This document shows, one piece after another, positions 18,117-27,192 of a stretch of 32,000 bases of DNA. The notes beneath the pieces are model-generated. The model was not told where the DNA came from and ran no database searches. It saw nothing but the letters and a program-made list of their open reading frames with translations. The first letter of the stretch is position 1, and every line of letters starts with the position of its first letter. The stretch is from Acholeplasma laidlawii PG-8A (GTDB taxonomy: Bacteria > Bacillota_I > Bacilli_A > Acholeplasmatales > Acholeplasmataceae): assembly GCF_000018785.1 (NCBI RefSeq), contig NC_010163.1:510001-542000 (forward strand), written 5' to 3'. A program made the translations under genes and the position numbers.

Positions 18117-18130
18117 GGAGAACTATAGAT

Positions 18131-18853
18131 ATGAAAAAACTAGAAGGTAAAGTTGCAGTTATTACAGGTGGTGCAAAAGGTTTAGGACAAGCAATCGCTT
18201 TAGCTTATGCTGAAGAAGGTGCAAAAGTAATCGCAGGTGATTTAGGTGATCTAACTTATTCACATCCAAATGTTGAAGGCATGTATTTAAACGTTACTGA
18301 TGTAACAGGCGTTGAAAAATTCTACCAATCAGTGATTGACAAATATGGTAAAATCGATATTTTAGTAAATAATGCTGGTATCACTAAAGATGCTATGACA
18401 AGAAAAATGACTGAAGCACAATGGGATGCAGTTATTGATGTGAACTTAAAAGGTGTATTTAACTTAACTAGATTAGTTGGACCTCAAATGCAAACTAATG
18501 GTTATGGTTCAATTATCAATATTTCATCAGTAGTTGGTGTATTTGGTAATATTGGACAAGCAAACTACGCTGCTACTAAAGCAGGTGTTATTGGTTTAAC
18601 AATGACTTGGGCTAAAGAATTTGCGCTTAAAGGTGCAAACGTGCGTGTAAACGCAATCGCTCCAGGATATATCATGACAGATATTTTAAAAACAGTACCA
18701 CAAGATTTACTAGATAAATTTGCAGCTTTAACCATGTTAAATCGTTTAGGTCAACCAGAAGAAATCGCAAAAGTAGCATTATTCCTAGCAAGTGATGATG
18801 CATCTTACGTAACTGGTCAAACGATTAACGTTAACGGCGGCATGAGACTATAA
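18131..18853 (+). CDS. SDR family oxidoreductase, FabG/PhaB-like 3-oxoacyl-(ACP/CoA) reductase
   Basis: ITGGAKGLGQAIA, NNAG, NISSVVG..ANYAATKAG, NAIAPGYIMTDI, YVTGQTINVNGG. Confidence 0.93.
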   Translation: MKKLEGKVAVITGGAKGLGQAIALAYAEEGAKVIAGDLGDLTYSHPNVEGMYLNVTDVTGVEKFYQSVIDKYGKIDILVNNAGITKDAMTRKMTEAQWDAVIDVNLKGVFNLTRLVGPQMQTNGYGSIINISSVVGVFGNIGQANYAATKAGVIGLTMTWAKEFALKGANVRVNAIAPGYIMTDILKTVPQDLLDKFAALTMLNRLGQPEEIAKVALFLASDDASYVTGQTINVNGGMRL

Positions 18854-18873
18854 TTAAACAAGAGGTGAAGGAC

Positions 18874-19908
18874 ATGAAAGATCACGTTGGAATCGTTGGA
18901 ACAGGGATTTATTTACCTAAAGAAAGAATGACTGCTAAAGAAATTTCTGAAAAAACAAATGGTGTTTGGACAGAAGAGGCAGTTATCGAAAAATTAGGTA
19001 TTAAAACAAAAGTAGTACCTTCATCAAGCTTAAGCGATGGCACCCAGGAAATGGGTGCTTTAGCCGCACTTGATGCACTAAAAAACACTGGGATTGATCC
19101 ACTTGATATCGATATCATTTTAAGTGTTTCTGAAGAATGGAAAGAATATCCACTTACAACATCTGCATTATATGTACAAGATAGAATAGGTGCTATAAAT
19201 GCTTGGGGAATTGATGTTCAAAACAGATGCTGTACAACAGTTTCTGCACTTAAAATGGCAAAAGACATGTTACTTGCTGACCCAGAAGTAAATGTTGTTA
19301 TGGTAGTTGGTGGTTACCGTAATGGTGACTTTGTCGATTACTCAGATAAAAATATGTCTATGATGTTTAATCTAGGTGCTGGTGGTGGTGCAATCATCTT
19401 AAAGAAAAACTATGGCAAAAACCTACTTTTAGGTAGCCATATGATTTCTGATGGTTCATTATCACGTACAGCTGGTGTTGAAATTGGTGGTATAATAAAC
19501 CCAATAACTAAGGAAAATATGGATGAAGCAAAACATTCATTAAGACTACTAGATCCAGTTAAAATGAAAAATAGACTAAACGATGTATCTATGCCAAATT
19601 GGTATAAATGTATCGATGAATCCTTAAGAAAATCTAATCTTGAAAGAAAAGACATTGATTTCTTAAATATTTTACATATCAAGCGTAGCGGACATTTATC
19701 TATGTTAAATGACTTAGGTTTAACTGAAGACCAAACGATTTACTTAGAAGATTACGGTCATATCGGACAAATTGATCAAATACTAACTCTTCATTTAGCT
19801 TTAGAACAAGGTAAAGTTAAAGATGGTACAGTTATGGCTATGATTGCAGCTGGTATTGGTTATGTATGGGCAGCAAATATTATTCAATGGGGACCAATGA
19901 AATCCTAA
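18874..19908 (+). CDS. 3-oxoacyl-ACP synthase III-like (KAS III/thiolase-like) protein, atypical active site
   Basis: IVGTGIYLPKERMTAKEI N-terminus, NRCCTTVSAL Cys region, C-terminal MAMIAAGIGYVWAANIIQWG. The usual NTS region is DYGHIGQID. ATG 18874 after AGAGGTG; track start 18865 is upstream. Confidence 0.82.
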   Translation: MKDHVGIVGTGIYLPKERMTAKEISEKTNGVWTEEAVIEKLGIKTKVVPSSSLSDGTQEMGALAALDALKNTGIDPLDIDIILSVSEEWKEYPLTTSALYVQDRIGAINAWGIDVQNRCCTTVSALKMAKDMLLADPEVNVVMVVGGYRNGDFVDYSDKNMSMMFNLGAGGGAIILKKNYGKNLLLGSHMISDGSLSRTAGVEIGGIINPITKENMDEAKHSLRLLDPVKMKNRLNDVSMPNWYKCIDESLRKSNLERKDIDFLNILHIKRSGHLSMLNDLGLTEDQTIYLEDYGHIGQIDQILTLHLALEQGKVKDGTVMAMIAAGIGYVWAANIIQWGPMKS

Positions 19909-19927
19909 TAAAAAGGAGATGTATACT

Positions 19928-21253
19928 ATGTACAAAGACAAGTTAATCACTGCAAAAGAAGCTGTGAAACTTATCAAATCTAATGATCATATTGTAGTTG
20001 GGATGACGGCAGCTGAGCCTCAACTATTTATGAATGAGTTACACACAATCGCGGATAATATTTCAAAGGTAACAGTGTCAAACTGTCTACCTATTTTAGA
20101 AGCAGAATTTTTTATAAATGTTCAATATAAAGACAAATTTGATGTTGCGGGTTGGTTTTATACCAATACGTTAAGACGTGTTCAAAAAAACGGTAATATT
20201 TCATTTATACCAAATCACTTACACTTAGCAGGTAAAAAAAGATTTCAACACTTAAAACCTAACGTGTTTGTTATGACAACATCAATGCCAGATGAGCATG
20301 GATTTGTATCGTTATCTGTTGGTAACGTTTATGAACGTGATGCAATCGATCAAGCTGATCTTGTCATTATTGAAGTGAACCCGAATTTTCCAAGAACATT
20401 TGGTGATAATAACGTTCACTTAAGAGAAGTAGATTATGTGATTGAATCTAGTTACCCAATTCCTTCTATTCCAGATTTAGAACCAAATGATAAGGATAGA
20501 GTCATTGGTAACTTAATTGCTGAAAAAATTAATGATGGAGACACCATTCAAATTGGTATTGGTGGTATTCCAAACGCTGTAGCAAGCGCACTTATGGGTA
20601 AAAAGGATTTAGGTATCCATACTGAAATGTTTACTACAGGTATCATGAAACTTATTAAAGCCGGTGTTGCAAACGGTGCTAGAAAAAACTACATGCCTCA
20701 TAAACATGTGGCCGCCTTTGCATATGGCACACAAGAATTATATGACTTTTTAAATAACAACCCAAGTATTTACTTTATGCGTGGTGTTCATGCAAATGAC
20801 CCATACATTATCGGTAAGAATGATAACCAAGTAAGTATCAACACAACATTAGAAGTTGATTTAACCGGACAATGTGCATCTGAATCCATTGGACCTGTTC
20901 AATTTTCAGGTACAGGTGGTCAATCAGACACAGCTGTAGGGGCTCAAAACTCTAAAAATGGTCGTTCATTTATCGCTTTATACTCAACTGCAATGGTTAA
21001 AAATCCAGTAACTGGTGAGCGTGAAGAAATATCAAAAATTGTACCGATGCTTAAACAAGGTGCAGCTGTATCCTTATCAAGAAATGATGTGGATTATGTT
21101 GTAACTGAATATGGTATGGTTTCTCTTCGTGGCACAACCATTCAAGAAAGAACCAAACTACTTATCTCCATCGCGCATCCTAAATTTAGAGAACAATTAC
21201 TAAAAGAAGCTAAAGAATTAATGTACATTGGTCAAGATTATGAGCTACTTTAA
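19928..21253 (+). CDS. Acetyl-CoA hydrolase/transferase family (acyl-CoA:acetate or 4-hydroxybutyrate CoA-transferase type)
   Basis: IQIGIGGIPNAVASALMGKKDLGIHTEMFT, GTGGQSDTAVGAQNSKNGRSFIAL, VDYVVTEYGMVSLRG. ATG 19928 is 9 nt after AAGGAG; track start 19919 is also an ATG. Confidence 0.9.
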   Translation: MYKDKLITAKEAVKLIKSNDHIVVGMTAAEPQLFMNELHTIADNISKVTVSNCLPILEAEFFINVQYKDKFDVAGWFYTNTLRRVQKNGNISFIPNHLHLAGKKRFQHLKPNVFVMTTSMPDEHGFVSLSVGNVYERDAIDQADLVIIEVNPNFPRTFGDNNVHLREVDYVIESSYPIPSIPDLEPNDKDRVIGNLIAEKINDGDTIQIGIGGIPNAVASALMGKKDLGIHTEMFTTGIMKLIKAGVANGARKNYMPHKHVAAFAYGTQELYDFLNNNPSIYFMRGVHANDPYIIGKNDNQVSINTTLEVDLTGQCASESIGPVQFSGTGGQSDTAVGAQNSKNGRSFIALYSTAMVKNPVTGEREEISKIVPMLKQGAAVSLSRNDVDYVVTEYGMVSLRGTTIQERTKLLISIAHPKFREQLLKEAKELMYIGQDYELL

Positions 21254-22058
21254 TTATTTAGGTAAAAAAATATATTACGATGTTGCTGGAAGTGGTCAAC
21301 CGGTTGTTATTTTAAATGGCATCATGATGTCTACTAAAAGTTGGGAACCTTTTAAAGAAAGTTTAAGTGAACACTTTCAATTTATTAGGGTAGACTTTTT
21401 AGATCAAGGACAAAGTGATTCTTATGAAACAAACTATACTCAAAGTGTACAAGTAGACCTAGTTAAAGCATTATTAGATCACTTAGATATAAATAAGGTA
21501 GATCTAGTAGGTATTAGCTATGGTGGTGAAGTTGCATTACAGTTTGCAATTAAATATGGTCACTATCTCGATAGATTGATTGTGTATAACTCAGTAGCAT
21601 ATACTACATATACACTTGCTGAAACTGGTCATCTTTGGAATCAATTTGCTAAGGAAAAGGATGCGCATAAATACTATGAAGCAACTATTCCAGTGATTTA
21701 TTCTAAGGAGTTTAACAAAACTAAAAAAGAATGGATGGCCGCTAGAAAAAAATTCTTAACAGAAAATACTTTTAGTGACGAGAAATTCTTAAACCGAATG
21801 ATTAGACTAACCAATTCTGCAGAAAGCTACGATGTAAGACATGAACTTGATAAGATCAAGGTACCTGTCATGATTGTAGGTGCAGAAGAAGATTATTTAA
21901 CACCACTAGTTCATCAAAGAATTTTAAATAATAATTTACCAAACTCTAGACTTGTGATACTACCAGGTGTTGGTCATGCTTCCATGTATGAAGTACCTGA
22001 AGTGTTTACAACAATCTTAATCGGATTTTTAAAGACTAAATTAGAATTTACGATATAA
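21240..22058 (+). CDS. Alpha/beta hydrolase
   Basis: VVILNGIMMSTKSWEPF, nucleophile elbow GISYGG, C-terminal GVGHASMYE. Confidence 0.87.
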   Translation: MSYFNYLGKKIYYDVAGSGQPVVILNGIMMSTKSWEPFKESLSEHFQFIRVDFLDQGQSDSYETNYTQSVQVDLVKALLDHLDINKVDLVGISYGGEVALQFAIKYGHYLDRLIVYNSVAYTTYTLAETGHLWNQFAKEKDAHKYYEATIPVIYSKEFNKTKKEWMAARKKFLTENTFSDEKFLNRMIRLTNSAESYDVRHELDKIKVPVMIVGAEEDYLTPLVHQRILNNNLPNSRLVILPGVGHASMYEVPEVFTTILIGFLKTKLEFTI

Positions 22059-22076
22059 CACTAGGAGGGGATATTA

Positions 22077-22961
22077 GTGAAATTAAAACAAGTTGAACTT
22101 AAAAATGGTGAAACCATAAGCTATTATGAACAAGGAAATTCTAAGGAGACATTACTGCTAATTCATGGTAATACATCCTCAGCGATATTCTTTGAACCAT
22201 TAATGCAAATATTACCAAAAAACCAAAGTGTCATAGCACCTGATTTAAGAGGTTTTGGTAATTCAAGTTATAAAAAAAATATTGAAACTTTATCAGATTT
22301 TGCCGAAGATATAAAGTTATTACTAGAGCAATTAGGATTAAATTGCGTTAGTATACTAGGATGGTCTCTAGGTGGTGCCATTGCGATGGAATTTGCATCT
22401 ACTTATCCAAATATGGTAAGTAATCTTATTCTATTGTCATCTGGCTCCCCTAAAGGATATCCTGTATTTACAAAGGATGAAAAAGGGCAACCAATGATTC
22501 CTCATGTATACAAGAAAAAAGAAGACATGGCGCTTGATCCTGTTCAAGTCCTACCACTTCTTAATATTTATGAAACAAAAAATAGTCAAATGCTTGCAAC
22601 CATCTATAACTATGTAATCTATACAGGACATAAAAAGCCTGACAATGATGCAAACCTAAGATGGATGAATGAAGCAGTTAAACAAAGAAACTTAGTGGAT
22701 GTAGACTGGGCACTAGCAAATTTCAATATTTCTAGTGAACCAAGCTTATACCAACTAGGAAACAATAAACTATCTAACCTAAAAGCTAAAACATTGATTA
22801 TTTGGGGTGACAAAGATGTTACAGTACCAAAAATTATGTTTGATGAAACTGTTAGGTTACTACCAGAAGCTACTGTATTAGTATATGAAAATGCAGGTCA
22901 TTCTATTGTAGTAGATGAAACTGAAAAATTAGCAATCGATATTGTTCATTTCATCTCCTAG
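22077..22961 (+). CDS. Alpha/beta hydrolase (GTG start)
   Basis: LLLIHGNTSSAIFFEPLM, GWSLGGAIAMEFA, NAGHSIVVDE; SD AGGAGGGG. Confidence 0.87.
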   Translation: MKLKQVELKNGETISYYEQGNSKETLLLIHGNTSSAIFFEPLMQILPKNQSVIAPDLRGFGNSSYKKNIETLSDFAEDIKLLLEQLGLNCVSILGWSLGGAIAMEFASTYPNMVSNLILLSSGSPKGYPVFTKDEKGQPMIPHVYKKKEDMALDPVQVLPLLNIYETKNSQMLATIYNYVIYTGHKKPDNDANLRWMNEAVKQRNLVDVDWALANFNISSEPSLYQLGNNKLSNLKAKTLIIWGDKDVTVPKIMFDETVRLLPEATVLVYENAGHSIVVDETEKLAIDIVHFIS

Positions 22962-22981
22962 TCTTGATTTTTATTCATGAG

Positions 22982-23012
22982 TAGAGTTATGTCGTTGACA
23001 TGACTCTATTTT
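22982..23012 (+). terminator. Rho-independent terminator ending the acyl-CoA operon
   Basis: TAGAGT-T-ATGTC GTT GACAT-G-ACTCTA followed by TTTTC. Confidence 0.85.
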
Positions 23013-23100
23013 CATAAAATAAGGCATACTTATGACCAAAATAACTCATATTTTTGGGTTTGATTTAAGTACATGTTATAATAATTTTGAAGGTGAAATT

Positions 23101-24456
23101 ATGCAACAAAAAATTAGATTAAATGATATTTTAGAAATTGATGTAAAACGCATGGGTATTAATGGTGAGGGCATAGGTTACTATGAACGACTTGCTATTT
23201 TTATTGATAATGCACTACCTGGAGAAAAAGTCTTAGCTCAAATTACAGAAGTTTTTCCCAACAGAGCGACTGCTAAGGTACTACAAACATTAGAAAAGAG
23301 TCCAAATAGGGTAAAACCTTTATGTCCTGTTTATGATGCATGTGGTGGTTGTCAGGTACAACATTTTGATTATAATGCAATGCTTAATCAAAAAAAGGAT
23401 ATCATTAAAAAAGCCTTAGATAGATATGTCAAACGTTATGATGCACATATTATTTCAGACACAATTGGTATGGATAATCCTAAAAATTATAGAAATAAAG
23501 CATCACTACCTTTAAGACTAATAGATAATAAAAACCGTTTTGGTATGTTTGCTAGAAACTCTAATGCTTTTGTTCCTATTAATACATGTGGTGTTCAACA
23601 TACTAAAATTAATGACATCTTTACAACTATGACAAGTCTCATGGATAGATATCACATTGATGCATATGACCCGGTACTACAAACTGGTATCATTTCACAT
23701 GCTATTGTTAGAATTACAGAAAACTTAAATGAAGTACAAGTTACATTTATTCTATCTAAAGCATTTGATGGTTTAGATAATCTAGTTCATGAACTAGTGA
23801 AGCTACATCCGGAAATCATGTCTATATATAAAGTAATTAACCCAGATGTTAGACAAAGTTATTTTACTGAAGATATCCATTTAATCTATGGTAAAGAAAT
23901 GATAGAAGAACAACTAGGTGGACATACATTTAGTCTATCACCTGATGCTTTCTTCCAACTAAACACCTCACAAGCAGATAAATTCTATAATGAAATGAAG
24001 CGACTAGCACAAATTAAGCCAACTGAAATTGTAGTTGATGCGTATGCTGGTATTGCACCAATTTCACACTATATTGGTCAAGATGCTAAACATATTTATG
24101 CAATTGAGATTAATGAAGATGCGGTGAAGTCTGCAAAAATATCACTGGACCAAAATCATATTGATAATGTGACTGTGATTGAAAATAATTTTGAGGATGC
24201 GCTAGATAATTTAAAAGATATAAAAATTGATGTCATGTTATTTGATCCTCCACGTAGTGGACTAGGAGAAGATGTTATTCAAACCATTTTAAAATATAAA
24301 CCTAAACGATTAGTCTATGGTTCATGTAATCCATCAACACTCGCAAAGGATTTATCACTATTATTAGAGGATTATGATCTTAAACACATTACACCAATTG
24401 ATATGTTTCCATATACTAGTTTGGTGGAAAGTATCACATTACTTGAGTTAAAATAA
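23101..24456 (+). CDS. rlmD: 23S rRNA (uracil-C5)-methyltransferase, RlmD/TrmA family, Fe-S type
   Basis: TRAM-like N-terminus, CX5CGGC (CPVYDACGGC) plus a fourth Cys (NTCGVQH), FDPPRSGL, YGSCNPSTLAKDL. ATG 23101 is favoured over track start 23032. Confidence 0.88.
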   Translation: MQQKIRLNDILEIDVKRMGINGEGIGYYERLAIFIDNALPGEKVLAQITEVFPNRATAKVLQTLEKSPNRVKPLCPVYDACGGCQVQHFDYNAMLNQKKDIIKKALDRYVKRYDAHIISDTIGMDNPKNYRNKASLPLRLIDNKNRFGMFARNSNAFVPINTCGVQHTKINDIFTTMTSLMDRYHIDAYDPVLQTGIISHAIVRITENLNEVQVTFILSKAFDGLDNLVHELVKLHPEIMSIYKVINPDVRQSYFTEDIHLIYGKEMIEEQLGGHTFSLSPDAFFQLNTSQADKFYNEMKRLAQIKPTEIVVDAYAGIAPISHYIGQDAKHIYAIEINEDAVKSAKISLDQNHIDNVTVIENNFEDALDNLKDIKIDVMLFDPPRSGLGEDVIQTILKYKPKRLVYGSCNPSTLAKDLSLLLEDYDLKHITPIDMFPYTSLVESITLLELK

Positions 24457-24482
24457 TTTGATTGAATCATCAATGAATTTAG

Positions 24483-24510
24483 GCTATAAAATGATTTTAC
24501 TAGCTTTTTT
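24483..24510 (+). terminator. Rho-independent terminator
   Basis: GCTA-TAAAA-TGA-TTTTA-(C)-TAGC-TTTTTT. Confidence 0.7.
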
Positions 24511-24608
24511 GTTAGAATAGAAGCAATGATATGTAAACATTAAAACAGTATAAAAGTGTACTTATATACATAGATAATAAGCAAACATATCACATGAGGC
24601 ATGCAAAG

Positions 24609-25010
24609 ATGAAAGTAATTAAGAAAAATATAAGAACCATTATACTAGCAGTACTATCTATTTTAGTTATTGCATTTACAGTGTCTTACCTAAATCAGAA
24701 GACCTATGCAAAAGAAGATGGTGTAGTTACAATTGAATTTCAAAACGATGAGCATATAATGAATAAAGATATTTACTTTTTTAAAGGTGATACACTTCAA
24801 AATATTATTCTTAATCATTTTAATGATGTTCAATTTGAAGAAAGTGCCTATGGTCCTTTTTTAGTATCAATTGAAGGGTACACTATGCCAAAGGATTATG
24901 CTACATATATAAGTATTTATATTAATGGTAGTTTTAGTCCCTATGGTATCGGTGATATTGAATTGAAAAATGAAATGAAGATTACATTAAAAGTGGAGCG
25001 TGCATCATGA
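24609..25010 (+). CDS. DUF4430 (transcobalamin C-terminal-like) exported protein
   Basis: N-terminal TM anchor, FQNDEHIMNKDIYFFKGDTLQNIILNHF...YISIYINGSF layout; overlaps the downstream ECF S-component gene. Alternative start 24594. Confidence 0.6.
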   Translation: MKVIKKNIRTIILAVLSILVIAFTVSYLNQKTYAKEDGVVTIEFQNDEHIMNKDIYFFKGDTLQNIILNHFNDVQFEESAYGPFLVSIEGYTMPKDYATYISIYINGSFSPYGIGDIELKNEMKITLKVERAS

Positions 25011-25516
25011 AGGGTAGACTACAAATTTATGACATTGTCATCATTTCACTTTTAACATCTTTCCTATTTATACAAGAGCAAATACTCACATTTATGCCAA
25101 ATATTCAATTAACAATTTTTCTAATTGTATTATATTCAAAAAAACTTGGATGGTTAAAAACTTCTCTTATTGTTACAATACATGTCTTACTAGATAGTTT
25201 TTACACTTCAAGTTTCGGTATTATTTACACACCATACATTTATATTGGTCTTATGCTTATACCGCTGACATTAACAACCATTTTTAAAAAGATCAATAAC
25301 CATATCCTACTGGGTTTATTGGGGATACTTTTTTCAATCATCTACAGTTGGTTGTTTTTAATACCGTTTGTGTTTATCTTAGAAGTGAATCCTTATCTAT
25401 ATATTGCATCTGATATCCCATTTCAAATTCTATTATCAGCAAGTAGTTTTTTATCAATTATAGTACTTTATGAACCTACTTCTAATTTATTTGATCATCT
25501 ACTAAAGAAGAATTAA
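25007..25516 (+). CDS. ECF transporter substrate-specific (S) component
   Basis: ~170 aa, six hydrophobic segments, partner DUF4430 gene. Confidence 0.7.
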   Translation: MKGRLQIYDIVIISLLTSFLFIQEQILTFMPNIQLTIFLIVLYSKKLGWLKTSLIVTIHVLLDSFYTSSFGIIYTPYIYIGLMLIPLTLTTIFKKINNHILLGLLGILFSIIYSWLFLIPFVFILEVNPYLYIASDIPFQILLSASSFLSIIVLYEPTSNLFDHLLKKN

Positions 25517-25640
25517 ATACCTGAAAATATGGGTTAGACACGAATTTTTACTATATATATATAATAATTGTGTTATTTAATTAAAATAGTCTAAAAATAG
25601 TGTATACTCTTAAAGGTAGATGATTTAGACATTTTGTTTC

Positions 25641-25666
25641 AAGGTGTTTTATACATCAAACACCTT
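25641..25666 (+). promoter_or_regulatory. 5' leader hairpin upstream of the DEAD-box helicase
   Basis: AAGGTGTTT (25641-25649) perfectly complements AAACACCTT (25658-25666), 8-nt loop, no T-tract after. Confidence 0.5.
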
Positions 25667-25698
25667 AAAATAAAAATACAAAGAACAGGAATTAATTA

Positions 25699-27045
25699 AT
25701 GAAATTTAGTGAATTAAACATTATAGAACGTATTCAAAAGGCATTAACCTTATCGGGATATGAAGCGCCAACTGCAATACAAGAACAGGCTATACCTATC
25801 TTATTAAGCGGTCAAGACCTTCTGGGTAGTGCTCAAACTGGAACCGGTAAAACAGCTGCATTTGCGATACCAATCTTACAAAAAATATATGAAACAAAAG
25901 AACATAAGGCACCAAGAAAAGTACAAGCACTTATACTAACCCCAACTAGAGAACTCGCACTTCAAATACACGAAAATGTTAAGATATATGCAAAATATCT
26001 AAATATTATAAGTACCACTATTTATGGTGGTGTATCACAAAAAAGACAAGAAGAAGCACTAAAACGTGGTGTAGATGTTGTGATTGCAACACCGGGCCGA
26101 TTACTTGATTTAATGAATCAAAAAATAATATCATTACAAGATGTAAGATATCTTGTACTTGATGAGGCAGATCAAATGTTAGATATGGGCTTTATTAAAG
26201 ATGTAACAAGCATTGTTGATAAAACACCTAAGAAGCGTCAAACGATGCTGTTTTCAGCAACAATGCCTAAACAAATTGAAGTCTTATCAAAACAAATCTT
26301 AGTAAACCCTGAAAGAATTGCTGTAACACCAGTTACACAAACACTGGACGCAATTACTCAAAGTGTTTATATGGTGAATAAAGCAAATAAAACATTATTA
26401 TTAATTGATTTAATTTATACTTTAAATATGAAATCAGTTTTAGTGTTTACAAAAACAAAACATGGTGCCAATAAACTTGTTAAAAATTTAATGAATTTAG
26501 GTATTGAATCAGAACCCATACACGGTAGTAAATCACAAGCTGCTAGAGAACGCGCTTTAGCAAACTTTAAAAAAGGCAAAACTAAAATCTTAGTTGCCAC
26601 AGATATTGCAGCCCGTGGTATAGACATTGAAGCACTTGACTATGTTATAAACTTTGAACTACCTGAGGTACCAGAAACCTATATTCACCGAATTGGTAGA
26701 ACAGGACGTGCTGGTTTAAGTGGTATGGCATTATCACTTGTTGATCCTTCTGAGCAAAAACTGCTTACTCAAGTAGAAAAGCATATAAATTCTAAAATTG
26801 AAGCTGTTGGACATAAGTACCAAATTCAATCACAACCAAAACAAAGAGAAGTAATAACTGATAAGCTAAAAACCGACACATCAAAAAAACAAGAAAAACC
26901 AAAAAAAGAATTGCCTGATTACTTAAAGTTTAAAGGTCATAAACCTAAACCTAAGAAGAAAAAATCAGAGGATAAATCTTTTGTAAATTATCAAAAGAAA
27001 ACAAACCCATATTTTCAAACTAAAAAATCAAACAAGAAAAAGTAA
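25699..27045 (+). CDS. cshA: DEAD-box ATP-dependent RNA helicase
   Basis: Q-motif, AQTGTGKTAAF, PTRELA, DEAD, SAT, HRIGRTGRAG; lysine-rich C-terminal tail. Confidence 0.93.
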   Translation: MKFSELNIIERIQKALTLSGYEAPTAIQEQAIPILLSGQDLLGSAQTGTGKTAAFAIPILQKIYETKEHKAPRKVQALILTPTRELALQIHENVKIYAKYLNIISTTIYGGVSQKRQEEALKRGVDVVIATPGRLLDLMNQKIISLQDVRYLVLDEADQMLDMGFIKDVTSIVDKTPKKRQTMLFSATMPKQIEVLSKQILVNPERIAVTPVTQTLDAITQSVYMVNKANKTLLLIDLIYTLNMKSVLVFTKTKHGANKLVKNLMNLGIESEPIHGSKSQAARERALANFKKGKTKILVATDIAARGIDIEALDYVINFELPEVPETYIHRIGRTGRAGLSGMALSLVDPSEQKLLTQVEKHINSKIEAVGHKYQIQSQPKQREVITDKLKTDTSKKQEKPKKELPDYLKFKGHKPKPKKKKSEDKSFVNYQKKTNPYFQTKKSNKKK

Positions 27046-27054
27046 GTCAAATGT

Positions 27055-27113
27055 AAAGGCACTGTCATTGGTTAAGATAAATATCATTATTTACACCAAA
27101 CAGTCCCTTTTTT
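27055..27113 (+). terminator. Terminator-like hairpin with T-tract
   Basis: AAAGG-C-ACTGT-CA-TTGGT ... ACCAA-ACAGT-C-CCTTTTTT. Confidence 0.65.
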
Positions 27114-27192
27114 CATGAAAAAACACTAAAAAACTGTTACAATATAATTGAACTAATGATTGAAAATCATCCTTAGTTTTTAAGGAGCACGT

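Noticed and set aside
23032-23100. N-terminal extension MTKITHIFGFDLSTCYNNFEGEI on the rlmD-like gene
   Set aside because: The paralog at 27193 starts at the homologous MNEQIKIND; ATG 23101 gives the matching N-terminus MQQKIRLND.
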